The notes under the pieces are model-generated. The model was not told the DNA's origin, made no database searches, and saw nothing but the letters and a program-made list of their open reading frames with translations. The position numbers and the translations under genes are program-made. Below, piece after piece: positions 9,980 through 18,855 of a DNA stretch of 42,392 nt (positions are counted from its first letter, which is position 1; each line of letters starts with the position of its first letter). Origin of the DNA: a virus (taxonomy: Duplodnaviria > Heunggongvirae > Uroviricota > Caudoviricetes); the IMG/VR virus record IMGVR_UViG_2778261252_000011; one strand, 5' to 3'.

Positions 9980-10726
9980 ATGAAAAATATTGCGACAGGC
10001 GGCGTTCTGGAACGTATCCGCAGACTGGCCCCGCCACATGTAACCGCGCCATTCAGGACGGTGGCGGAGTGGCGCGAGTGGCAACTTGCAGAAGGCCAGA
10101 AACGTTGTGAGGAGATCAACCGTCAGAATCGTCAGTTGCGGGTGGAAAAAATCCTGAATCGCTCCGGCATCCAGCCGTTGCACCGCAAATGCTCGTTTGC
10201 GAATTACCAGGTGCAGAACGACGGCCAGCGATACGCGTTGAGTCAGGCGAAATCCATCGCTGATGAACTGACGACCGGGTGTACAAATTTTGCGTTCAGC
10301 GGAAAACCTGGTACCGGGAAGAACCACTTAGCGGCAGCTATCGGGAATCGCCTGCTGAAAGACGGTCAGACAGTGATTGTGGTTACCGTGGCTGATGTTA
10401 TGAGTGCCCTGCACGCCAGCTATGACGACGGGCAGTCAGGCGAAAAATTTTTGCGGGAACTGTGCGAAGTGGATCTGCTGGTTCTTGATGAAATTGGCAT
10501 TCAGCGCGAGACGAAAAACGAGCAGGTGGTACTGCACCAGATTGTTGATCGCCGGACAGCTTCGATGCGCAGCGTGGGGATGCTGACAAACCTGAACTAT
10601 GAGGCCATGAAAACATTGCTCGGCGAGCGGATTATGGATCGCATGACCATGAACGGCGGGCGATGGGTGAATTTTAACTGGGAGAGCTGGCGTCCAAATG
10701 TCGTCCAGCCAGGAATTGCGAAGTAA
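9980..10726 (+). CDS. ydaV: YdaV DnaC-like helicase loader (248 aa, AAA+ ATPase)
   Basis: Walker [16 protein letters not shown] and Walker B LLVLDEIG; position after the initiator gene. Confidence 0.85.
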   Translation: MKNIATGGVLERIRRLAPPHVTAPFRTVAEWREWQLAEGQKRCEEINRQNRQLRVEKILNRSGIQPLHRKCSFANYQVQNDGQRYALSQAKSIADELTTGCTNFAFSGKPGTGKNHLAAAIGNRLLKDGQTVIVVTVADVMSALHASYDDGQSGEKFLRELCEVDLLVLDEIGIQRETKNEQVVLHQIVDRRTASMRSVGMLTNLNYEAMKTLLGERIMDRMTMNGGRWVNFNWESWRPNVVQPGIAK

Positions 10727-10748
10727 TTTTTACCGGGAGAAAAATTTA

Positions 10749-11510
10749 ATGGAGACTGTTTTTGACGCACTGAAAGCAATGGGAAAAGCCACATCCATAG
10801 AACTTGCTGCTCGACTTGATATCAGTCGTGAAGAAGTGCTGAACGAACTATGGGAACTGAAAAAGGCTGGTTGTGTTGATAAAAGCGCGTACACCTGGCG
10901 TGTGGCTGATAACAACGTTCAGCAGGAACAGCCAGCGCAGGTAGAACTGCTGGAAGAAACCACCACAGCAACAGTAGCGAAAATCTCAGAGTGCGATTTA
11001 ACCGCGACGATTGAACAACGCGGACCACAAACGGCTGATGAGCTGGCTACATTGTTTGGTACCACATCACGCAAAGTGGCTTCAACGCTGGCAATGGCAA
11101 TCAGCAAAGGTCGTCTGATTCGCGTAAATCAGGGCGGTAAATTTCGTTACTGCATACCGGGCGATAATTTACCAGCAGAGCCGAAAGCAGCATCGGTAGC
11201 GGAAACTGATGGTAAGGCCTTTCCTCAGACCGCAGGTGTTGCGTTACCAGTACAGGAGGCTGCAACACAGGAAGATATTAAAACAGAAACTGTGGCGGAC
11301 ATTGTGCAGTCGCTGCCATCGTTTACTGAAACGCGAGCGGATGACCTGGTTTTACCATCACTGCATATGGCAAACCGCGAACTGCGTCGGGCGAAAAATC
11401 ATGTCCAGAAGTGGGAGTGTGTCTGCGCCGCGCTGCGTGAGTTGAACAAGCACAGGGATATTGTACGACAGATTACTGATTCTTCCCGCCATGTTGCATC
11501 GGAAAAGTGA
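10749..11510 (+). CDS. ydaW: YdaW-like protein, apparently full length (about 253 aa); winged-helix-like N-terminus
   Basis: Start chosen at METVFDALK (ATG 10749), clear of the ydaV stop; an alternative upstream ATG at 10698 overlaps ydaV. Confidence 0.6.
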   Translation: METVFDALKAMGKATSIELAARLDISREEVLNELWELKKAGCVDKSAYTWRVADNNVQQEQPAQVELLEETTTATVAKISECDLTATIEQRGPQTADELATLFGTTSRKVASTLAMAISKGRLIRVNQGGKFRYCIPGDNLPAEPKAASVAETDGKAFPQTAGVALPVQEAATQEDIKTETVADIVQSLPSFTETRADDLVLPSLHMANRELRRAKNHVQKWECVCAALRELNKHRDIVRQITDSSRHVASEK

Positions 11511-11525
11511 TTGCCGGAGGCACCT

Positions 11526-11948
11526 ATGGCAAAAGTATTTACACCAGAAGAGCGGGAAAAAATTAAAGGGCAGGTTGTTGAACTTGTACGTCTGAGCGGT
11601 CGCGAGACGTTACGGCAACTGGAAGCCAAGACAGGTGCGACAAGATATCTGATGAGTGTTCTCGCCAGTGAGCTGGTTGCCAGTGGCGATGTATACAACT
11701 CTGGTTACGGGTTATTCCCGTCTGAACAGGCGCGTAAAGACTGGCAAAACGCCCGCAAAAAACTATCGAGGGCAAAGGTGAAGAAACCTGCTGTAGTTGA
11801 TCCGGACCTTATCTGGTCATTACCAGACGGAGAAATACGCCGCTATGACAGGCGTCTGAATATAATCTGTCGCGAGTGCCGGAAGAGCGAAGTCATGCAG
11901 CGTGTACTGGCGTTCTATCAGGGTAATTTTCAGGATGTGCTGTTGTGA
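11526..11948 (+). CDS. Hypothetical protein (140 aa), winged-helix-like N-terminus
   Basis: ORF with GGAGG 7 nt upstream of ATG 11526; not present in my recollection of K-12 Rac. Confidence 0.5.
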   Translation: MAKVFTPEEREKIKGQVVELVRLSGRETLRQLEAKTGATRYLMSVLASELVASGDVYNSGYGLFPSEQARKDWQNARKKLSRAKVKKPAVVDPDLIWSLPDGEIRRYDRRLNIICRECRKSEVMQRVLAFYQGNFQDVLL

Positions 11949-12110
11949 GCCAAATTAACAATCAGGGAACTGCGTGAACTGAAAGAGAAATCATAATCCA
12001 AATCTGAATAATTAAATTTAGCACTGTAAATAAAATTTAATCCTTAACCGGAGGGGGGGGGCTGCACCCTCAAAATATTAGGAGGCGGCCCGAAAGGGCG
12101 GTAATGAAAA

Positions 12111-12614
12111 ATGACTGAATTAACCAAAAAGCAATTAATCGAAGAAGCTAAATTAAAAATAGCGATTGAGAAATGCCACCCCAATTCAGGGATGGCACGG
12201 GTAGAGGGCGAATTATTCAAAATTGCTCTGGCATCGCTGGAAGCAGAGCCAGTTGGTGATTTTTATGAATACAAACCGGATGACTGGTATCAGCGTTCGG
12301 CTGGAGATAAAGCGCCAAAATGGACGCCACCCTATGCCGTTTTTCCAGCGCCCGTAGTGCCGGAAGAAATGGATTTGCTTACATGCCATCTCGATGGTGT
12401 AACTGAAACATATGCTGAGGGATGGAACGCTTGCCGCGCTGCCCTGCTTCAGGGCAAAGGGGAGCCCGGGAAACAAGTTCGCGAATTGACAATGCTGGTT
12501 AAACAATTGGTTAGTCAACTGAAGAAAGCGAAACCGGGCTGCAAATTGCCGGATAAAGTGATGGACTACCTGGAGCGAAGCGGACTTATAAGCGTGGAGG
12601 ATGTTTTACGATGA
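12111..12614 (+). CDS. Hypothetical protein (167 aa)
   Basis: ORF MTELTKKQLIEEAKLK...; preceded by a G9 tract and a small GAAA hairpin; no family recognised. Confidence 0.55.
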   Translation: MTELTKKQLIEEAKLKIAIEKCHPNSGMARVEGELFKIALASLEAEPVGDFYEYKPDDWYQRSAGDKAPKWTPPYAVFPAPVVPEEMDLLTCHLDGVTETYAEGWNACRAALLQGKGEPGKQVRELTMLVKQLVSQLKKAKPGCKLPDKVMDYLERSGLISVEDVLR

Positions 12615-12694
12615 CCTGGCCTGAAGCATTCACAACGGTAGGAATTGCGATGGCGGTGGCGCTGGTGGTGTATTCGATTTGCCGCTGGGGTTGA
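12611..12694 (+). CDS. Putative 27-aa hydrophobic micropeptide, translationally coupled (ATGA overlap) to the upstream gene
   Basis: Hand translation MTWPEAFTTVGIAMAVALVVYSICRWG; single predicted transmembrane helix; followed by a terminator hairpin. Confidence 0.3.
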   Translation: MTWPEAFTTVGIAMAVALVVYSICRWG

Positions 12695-12704
12695 TAATAC
12701 TAAA

Positions 12705-12728
12705 TAACCAGCCCTTATGGGGCTGGCT
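12705..12728. terminator. Bidirectional terminator-like hairpin between convergent genes
   Basis: Stem CCAGCCC / GGGCTGG with a 5-nt loop; T-rich flank on the minus strand. Confidence 0.45.
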
Positions 12729-12734
12729 AATCAT

Positions 12735-13508
12735 TTAGAACTGTTCATTGCCATCGAGGTTAGGTAGCATAATTTTTTCAATCAAGGCGAGAGCCTTTTT
12801 GTCCCGGTCAGCGAAGTATTTCGGGGCATATTGCGGCAACCAAATATTGTTAAAATGTTCTTTGAAATCTGCTAAATATTCATTTGGGTACAGCCTTGCA
12901 GGGTATACGCGACCATCGGGATATTCATGGTCATAGGTAGGGAATGTTTTGGGTTCTACGTTTCTATTATCTCTTAACCATTGTGAAAATACTCTTCCTT
13001 GTGAAATGTCAGGAACCATTTTTTCTGGGAGTGTGTACCCTGCTTGTTCAAGAGGTGCAACCAAGTTGAATGTCAGTTCATTAAGAATAGAAAAGTGCGT
13101 GTGAGGAATTCTACTACGATTAACCATGTACCGTTTTAAATGTACAGGCATTTCTGCTGTAGTTCTTTCCCCTGACATCCATTCACGAACCCATCTTGAA
13201 ACCTGGACTGCAAATTTGGGCGATAGCCACTGCGCTAGATTAATAGCGATGTCAGGATGCACCCATGTCCCTTGGTTTTCAGGTCTTCCACCTTTAAATG
13301 ATTGAATTAACTCCGATATGGGAATTCCCATATCGCGTGATAATTCGTCAAAAAACTCTTGAGTAGTTTTGAGTCTAGTGTAATCAGAGAGCAGTTTGCC
13401 CGCAGTTCTACACATTGATGTGGCGTTTATGTAACCATCTTTGGCACGTAAATGTATTATTTCGCCGTCAATTTCACGAGAAATCAAAGATAATTGAAAG
13501 GATGTCAT
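12735..13508 (-). CDS. KilA-N domain protein (257 aa), opposite-strand moron
   Basis: N-terminal segment IHLRAKDGYINATSMCRTAGK... reads as a KilA-N/APSES-type domain; GAGGAA Shine-Dalgarno; transcribed against the flanking operons. Confidence 0.75.
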   Translation of the reverse strand: MTSFQLSLISREIDGEIIHLRAKDGYINATSMCRTAGKLLSDYTRLKTTQEFFDELSRDMGIPISELIQSFKGGRPENQGTWVHPDIAINLAQWLSPKFAVQVSRWVREWMSGERTTAEMPVHLKRYMVNRSRIPHTHFSILNELTFNLVAPLEQAGYTLPEKMVPDISQGRVFSQWLRDNRNVEPKTFPTYDHEYPDGRVYPARLYPNEYLADFKEHFNNIWLPQYAPKYFADRDKKALALIEKIMLPNLDGNEQF

Positions 13509-13827
13509 TGAAAATTCCTCAAGTTGGAGAGTTCTGGAACATTAAGGCGAGGTGGCAGTAATGCACCATCTGTAATCTTTTGATACTGACGTAATCGGGC
13601 CTGATGTGCAACGCCTTGCAAGTATGTAACTCATTGAAAACGATCATTTTTATCTATTGACATCAAATGGCAAACTGTCATTGTGCGGCTATGGCAAGTG
13701 GCAAATGCTTATAAATCATATGGATATAAATGGTACAGAAAGAGTTGTTTTCTCTAGGATATGAGTATACGCCCAATGCTGATTGGTTGAATTTTGTTCT
13801 TGTTTTAAAGGGTAAGAGTTTAAAGTG

Positions 13828-13856
13828 TTGGCAGTGATGTATTGGATAGTTAGAAT
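13828..13856 (+). promoter_or_regulatory. Sigma70-like promoter for the hok-like mRNA (-35 TTGGCA, 17-bp spacer, -10 TAGAAT)
   Basis: Hexamers read directly; predicted start falls at GGTGCTTGAGGCTATCTGCCTC, which resembles the hok mRNA 5' end as I recall it. Confidence 0.45.
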
Positions 13857-14030
13857 TGCTGTGGGTGCTTGAGGCTATCTGCCTCGGGCATGAACACCAA
13901 AGGTAGATAGAGAAAAGCCCCAGTTAACATTACGCGTCCTGCAAGACGTTTAACATTAATCTGAGGCCATATCTATGCGACACATAGAGATTAGCCTCTT
14001 ACGGACCGAAAGGTCAAGGAGAAGCAGGCT

Positions 14031-14156
14031 ATGAAGCAGCAAAAGGCGATGTTAATCGCCCTGATCGTCATCTGTTTAACCGTCATAGTGACGGCACTGG
14101 TAACGAGGAAATACCTCTGCGAGGTACGAATCCGAACTGGCAGACGGAGGCTCTGA
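14031..14156 (+). CDS. Hok/Gef-family type I toxin, C-terminally truncated or divergent (41 aa); possible frameshifted allele
   Basis: Translation MKQQKAMLIALIVICLTVIVTALVTRKYLCEVRIRTGRRRL; the family-typical C-terminal segment is absent; a 19-codon mok-like upstream ORF (13975-14034) overlaps the start. Confidence 0.6.
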   Translation: MKQQKAMLIALIVICLTVIVTALVTRKYLCEVRIRTGRRRL

Positions 14157-14238
14157 TTCGTAGACTACTAATCTGAGTAAAAGACCCAGCGGGGAAAGAA
14201 CCACGCCGGGACTAGTTAATAAGATATTTATAGCGTGG

Positions 14239-14580
14239 CTATTCTTTTTTTGCGGTATAGACTTTTTCGCCTGAGAAGTCTGGAGCTACCCAAAAGTTAA
14301 TATTAAACTGAGCATCATCGCTTAGTTCAACACGGTGCCAGTATTGTGGTGGGCTTGTTGCAAAAGCGCCAGCATTAATGACTACTTTTATCTCCGGTTC
14401 AGTAGCATTCTCATCAGCAAAACCATAATATGTTACAGTACCTTCCATCACGCATAACTGTCCAAAAACACCTGCTGCTGTATTATGATGTGTTAATAAC
14501 GCTGAAGGTACGTTCTCTTTTGTGAAGAACGGAGTTGAGCGTTTGATTACCCAGTCTTTAGGAATTCTCTTGTGTGTCAT
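14239..14580 (-). CDS. YeaR-like DUF1971 protein (113 aa)
   Basis: Translation MTHKRIPKDWVIKRSTPFFTKENVPSALL... resembles E. coli YeaR as I recall it; GGAGGTGG Shine-Dalgarno upstream of ATG 14580. Confidence 0.65.
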   Translation of the reverse strand: MTHKRIPKDWVIKRSTPFFTKENVPSALLTHHNTAAGVFGQLCVMEGTVTYYGFADENATEPEIKVVINAGAFATSPPQYWHRVELSDDAQFNINFWVAPDFSGEKVYTAKKE

Positions 14581-15447
14581 AACCACCTCCCATAAAACAT
14601 GCATTATAAATGCACCCTTTTGAGGGTTATGTCAAACTGTTATGAAACACATAATTGATATGTTGATTAGAGGAGAAGATAGAATCAATATGGTTGTTTT
14701 TCGTATAACTATTTGTTTTACTTTTAGTTTGTGCATTCTGTGTGTTAGGAATAACTTATTAAAGTTTAACTAAAAAATCTCGATATAGTCCGCATAGATT
14801 ACTGTTACTGAATCTTATTGTGTGCATTAGTTGTGTTCTGAAATTTCAATTTAATTACTTATGATATATTTTTAACGATAAATGTTTTCCGGGTGAAAGA
14901 CAGTGGGGGATGAGATAAGCAATATATCATTAATCTTGATTATTTCCAGGATGCCTTTACTGTGCATATAAATAAATCATATACGCATCAAATAATGTAA
15001 AGGCATCCTTTTAGATATATCTTATCAAATGTTAATGATTTGAGTGGGAAACATGATTCCAGAAACTAATCATGCGGCTACTTTATAAAAATAATGCCCA
15101 TATAAAACAGCCAGCGAAAAGGATTACGGATAAAAAAGGAGCGAGATGTGCATAGTTGTTATTTTCCATGTTTAACCACCTTAAATAATTGATGATGACG
15201 GGATGTGCATCTGTAATGCTTTTGTTGAAATGTTATGATAAAAAAGAACTTTTTCATAACATTAAAATGTAATTTATCTAATCGTTTTTAATAATAAGTG
15301 TTGTATTTCTATCCTTGTATCAGCTATTTGATATGTAGTGTTTGTTCATGTTATGTGGAGCTTTACACCATAGCCAGTTTATTTATACTTTATTCGTCAG
15401 CCTGAACAACTGGCATCTGCTGCACTGCGCCATCGAGAGATTGAGAA

Positions 15448-16047
15448 ATGGCGCATATACAACTGGTCAAACAAACCTCTTCTGGACTACTTCTCCCGGC
15501 GACGCCGGAGAGTTGCGATTTTTTGCATCAAATCAAAATAGGCGAGTGGATACACGCAGACTTTAAGCGTGTGCGTAACTACGCATTCCACAAGCGTTTT
15601 TTCAAACTCCTGCAACTGGGATTCGATTACTGGACTCCGGTCGGTGGGGCGATCACGCCTCGCGAACGAAAGCTGGTTTCAGGATTCGTTGATTACCTAT
15701 GTGAATCAGTAGGCCGGGAACATACGCCAGCTCTGAGCGAAGCCGCAGAGCAATATCTGAATACAGTTGCGACACGCAGAACCCGGGATACGGCATTGCT
15801 AAAGTCGTTTGAGGCTTTTCGCGAGTGGGTAACCATTCAGGCTGGATTTTACACCGAACATTTTTATCCGGACGGTAGCCGCGGGCGTCGGGCAAAATCT
15901 ATCGCTTTTGCGAATATGGACGAAACCGAGTTTCAGCAGGTTTATAAATCTGTTCTGAATGTGCTGTGGAACTGGATTCTGTTCCGTAAATTTTCCTCTC
16001 CGGAACAAGTCGAAAATGTGGCCGCGCAGCTGCTGGAGTTTGCGTAA
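15448..16047 (+). CDS. Nin-region phage protein (199 aa), possibly DUF1367-like
   Basis: First gene after the AT-rich island, directly upstream of the YbcO-like gene; family name is tentative. Confidence 0.55.
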   Translation: MAHIQLVKQTSSGLLLPATPESCDFLHQIKIGEWIHADFKRVRNYAFHKRFFKLLQLGFDYWTPVGGAITPRERKLVSGFVDYLCESVGREHTPALSEAAEQYLNTVATRRTRDTALLKSFEAFREWVTIQAGFYTEHFYPDGSRGRRAKSIAFANMDETEFQQVYKSVLNVLWNWILFRKFSSPEQVENVAAQLLEFA

Positions 16048-16337
16048 TGGTGGATTTACGTAAAGCGGCGCGGGGGCGGATGTGCACCGTCAGAATTCTT
16101 GGCTACTGCAATCACGATCCGGAAACGTCTGTGCTGGCGCATTACCGACTGGCGGGAACGTGCGGAACAGCGACAAAACCACACGATATGCAGGCGGCGA
16201 TTGCCTGTAGCTCATGCCACGATTTAATCGACGGGCGGGTAAAAACAAGCGATTACACCAAAGAAGATTTACGCCTGATGCATGCAGAAGGTGTTTTTCG
16301 CACGCAAGAAATCTGGAGAAAGGAAGGTTATTTATGA
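16047..16337 (+). CDS. YbcO-like DUF1364 protein (96 aa), Cys/His-rich putative nuclease
   Basis: 96-aa ORF with several Cys and His residues; stop overlaps the next start (ATGA). Confidence 0.6.
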   Translation: MVDLRKAARGRMCTVRILGYCNHDPETSVLAHYRLAGTCGTATKPHDMQAAIACSSCHDLIDGRVKTSDYTKEDLRLMHAEGVFRTQEIWRKEGYL

Positions 16338-16876
16338 TTTACCCAACAAATACAGGCAAAAGCGGGGAACACCTTCGTCTCACCACGCTGGAAAGTGTCT
16401 GGATTCAGGGAAAACTGCGCATGTGGGGGCGCTGGTCGTATATTGGCGGCGGTAAGACGGGGAATATGTTCAACCAGTTGTTGGCCTCTAAAAAGCTGAC
16501 AAAAACGGCAATTAACGAGGCGCTCCGGAGGATGAAAAAAGCAGGTCTGAACAAGTCTGAACTTGAGGCTTTTTTGCGGGATATGATTAACGGTAAGCAA
16601 AAGAGCTGGCTGGCGCATTGTACTGATGCAGAGGCGTTATGTATTGATCGGGTCATAAGTGAGGTGCTGGCAGAGCATCCAGGATTGATTAGCGTCCTTC
16701 GGCAACGGTATGAGGGGCGGGGGATGACCAAACGCAAAATGGCTGAATTGCTAAATGATGCACACCCAGAGTGGTGTTTTAGCACATGCGAAAAGCGAAT
16801 TGCTAATTGGTTGGCCGTTGCTGAGTATGCGCTATACATTCCCATGCGAGAATCATTCGCTCAAAAAACGGCTTGA
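16334..16876 (+). CDS. Late-gene antiterminator Q-like protein (180 aa)
   Basis: Position just upstream of terminator, promoter, tRNAs and lysis genes; AGGAAGG Shine-Dalgarno before ATG 16334; the longer in-frame ORF from 16214 is probably not the true start. Confidence 0.55.
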   Translation: MIYPTNTGKSGEHLRLTTLESVWIQGKLRMWGRWSYIGGGKTGNMFNQLLASKKLTKTAINEALRRMKKAGLNKSELEAFLRDMINGKQKSWLAHCTDAEALCIDRVISEVLAEHPGLISVLRQRYEGRGMTKRKMAELLNDAHPEWCFSTCEKRIANWLAVAEYALYIPMRESFAQKTA

Positions 16877-16961
16877 TTTTTTACGCATAAACTGCTTCAA
16901 TTTTGCTACGCTTCGCAAAGCTGTATCGCGAGGCGAATCAAGCGCAATTAAACTTTAATAG

Positions 16962-16989
16962 AACCCGCCATCAAGCGGGTTTTGTTGTT
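16962..16989 (+). terminator. Intrinsic terminator after the Q-like gene
   Basis: Stem AACCCGC / GCGGGTT with loop CATCAA, followed by TTGTTGTT. Confidence 0.5.
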
Positions 16990-17121
16990 ATTGTGGTGTG
17001 ATATAAGAAACGACATTTAATATTGCCTTCAAAATAAATTTGTTTATATATTGTCGCGTATATTTTAAGTGAAGGTGAAATGTTCACATAAAATAAAAAT
17101 ACATAAATAAATTTACATAGC

Positions 17122-17150
17122 TTGACGCAAAGTGTTGTTGCGATTGGAAT
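17122..17150 (+). promoter_or_regulatory. Candidate late promoter (PR'-like): -35 TTGACG, weak -10 TGGAAT
   Basis: Read directly; the -10 is a poor match, so this is tentative. Confidence 0.3.
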
Positions 17151-17241
17151 ATTAAATTGTATCATCGAAAACGGTTCTGAGGGGGAACTCTTCTTTGCTC
17201 GGTGATATCGCTCGGTGATATCGCTCCCCTGAAGAACCAAT

Positions 17242-17317
<76 letters not shown>

Positions 17318-17320
17318 TAT

Positions 17321-17395
<75 letters not shown>

Positions 17396-17601
17396 GTTAG
17401 AGTCTTTCAGTCTGCGATGATGGGAAATCCCGGAGTGACTGAAAGACGTTTAAGTTATGAATGATCGCTTTTTTTTGCAAAATTGCTGTGCAGAAATACT
17501 AACCTTCGGGCAGGCGATCATTCATAAGCACTCTGCTTTTATTCCGATTAACTGTGGGTGGTTTGTTGGATAGAGTGCTTTCCTTACTGTATATATTGTT
17601 T

Positions 17602-17627
17602 CGCCCGCTTTTGCGGGCTTTTCTTTT
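17602..17627 (+). terminator. Intrinsic terminator (tR'-like) upstream of the lysis genes
   Basis: Stem CGCCCGC / GCGGGC with loop TTTT, followed by TTTTCTTTT. Confidence 0.6.
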
Positions 17628-17687
17628 CAAATCCCTTTCATTTCTCAGTGTAAAACTACGCCATCCGTTATTTGCGGAGGTGAGGCT

Positions 17688-17903
17688 ATGAAATCCATGG
17701 ACAAAATTTCAACGGGCATTGCCTATGGCACCTCCGCAGGCAGTGCTGGCTACTGGTTTTTACAGTGGCTTGATCAGGTCAGTCCGTCACAGTGGGCTGC
17801 GATTGGTGTGCTGGGGAGTCTGGTTCTGGGCTTCCTGACTTATCTGACAAATCTGTACTTCAAAATCAGAGAAGACAAGCGTAAGGCTGCACGGGGAGAG
17901 TAA
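17688..17903 (+). CDS. Phage-21-type pinholin (71 aa) with dual-start motif MKSMDK
   Basis: Translation [45 protein letters not shown]... matches the S21 pinholin as I recall it; Met1 and Met4 starts. Confidence 0.9.
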   Translation: MKSMDKISTGIAYGTSAGSAGYWFLQWLDQVSPSQWAAIGVLGSLVLGFLTYLTNLYFKIREDKRKAARGE

Positions 17904-17907
17904 TTCA

Positions 17908-18258
17908 ATGACTCAAAACTATGAACTGATTGTGAAAGGGATCCGCAATTTTGAGAATAAAGTTACGGTAACTTTAGCGTTACGGGACAAAAAACGCTTT
18001 GACGGTGAAATTTTTGACCTGGACATCTCGCTGGACCGTGTTGAAGGTGCCGCGCTGGAGTTTTATGAGGCAGCAGCCAGAATGAGCATCAGACAGGTCT
18101 TCCTGGATGTTGCTGCCGGGTTATGTGAAGGGGATGAGCAGTCGCCGGAAAAGCGCCCCGTAATTTTAGAGGCGCAGAATGTATGGATAACCTACAAAGG
18201 AAAGCTACCGGGAAGAATTACTGGTTCTCTGAAGACTCCTCCGGAATCACAACCTTAA
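17908..18258 (+). CDS. YdfR-like protein (116 aa, possibly DUF1327) between holin and endolysin
   Basis: Resembles the protein found between holin and lysozyme in the Qin prophage, as far as I recall. Confidence 0.55.
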   Translation: MTQNYELIVKGIRNFENKVTVTLALRDKKRFDGEIFDLDISLDRVEGAALEFYEAAARMSIRQVFLDVAAGLCEGDEQSPEKRPVILEAQNVWITYKGKLPGRITGSLKTPPESQP

Positions 18259-18321
18259 GTCACTGACCGGAACAGATAAACCTGTCCGTGGGCAGAAACC
18301 GATAAATCCTGATAAATATCC

Positions 18322-18855
18322 ATGAACGCAAAAATCAGATACGGCCTGTCGGCTGCCGTTCTGGCACTGATTGCCGTCGGTGCGCCCGCGCCTGATATTC
18401 TCGACCAGTTTCTGGATGAAAAAGAAGGTAACCACACAACGGCATACCGCGATGGGTCCGGCATCTGGACCATCTGTCGGGGTGCCACGATGGTGGATGG
18501 AAAACCCGTTTTTCCCGGTATGAAACTGTCGAAGGAAAAATGCGACCAGGTCAACGCCATTGAGCGTGATAAGGCGCTGGCATGGGTGGAGCGCAATATT
18601 AAAGTACCACTGACCGAGCCACAAAAAGCGGGTATAGCGTCATTCTGTCCCTATAACATTGGCCCCGGTAAGTGTTTCCCGTCGACGTTTTATAAGCGGC
18701 TGAATGCCGGTGATCGTAAGGGCGCATGCGAGGCGATTCGCTGGTGGATAAAAGATGGTGGGCGCGATTGCCGCATACGTTCAAATAACTGCTATGGACA
18801 GGTTATTCGTCGTGACCAGGAAAGCGCATTAGCCTGTTGGGGGATAGAGCAGTGA
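18322..18855 (+). CDS. SAR endolysin (177 aa, T4-lysozyme-like)
   Basis: N-terminal signal-anchor-release segment [17 protein letters not shown] followed by the catalytic region [22 protein letters not shown]. Confidence 0.9.
   Translation: MNAKIRYGLSAAVLALIAVGAPAPDILDQFLDEKEGNHTTAYRDGSGIWTICRGATMVDGKPVFPGMKLSKEKCDQVNAIERDKALAWVERNIKVPLTEPQKAGIASFCPYNIGPGKCFPSTFYKRLNAGDRKGACEAIRWWIKDGGRDCRIRSNNCYGQVIRRDQESALACWGIEQ

Noticed and set aside
9733-10327. 128-aa and 166-aa minus-strand ORFs
   Set aside because: Antisense to ydaU and ydaV, which have clear motifs (iterons, Walker A and B).
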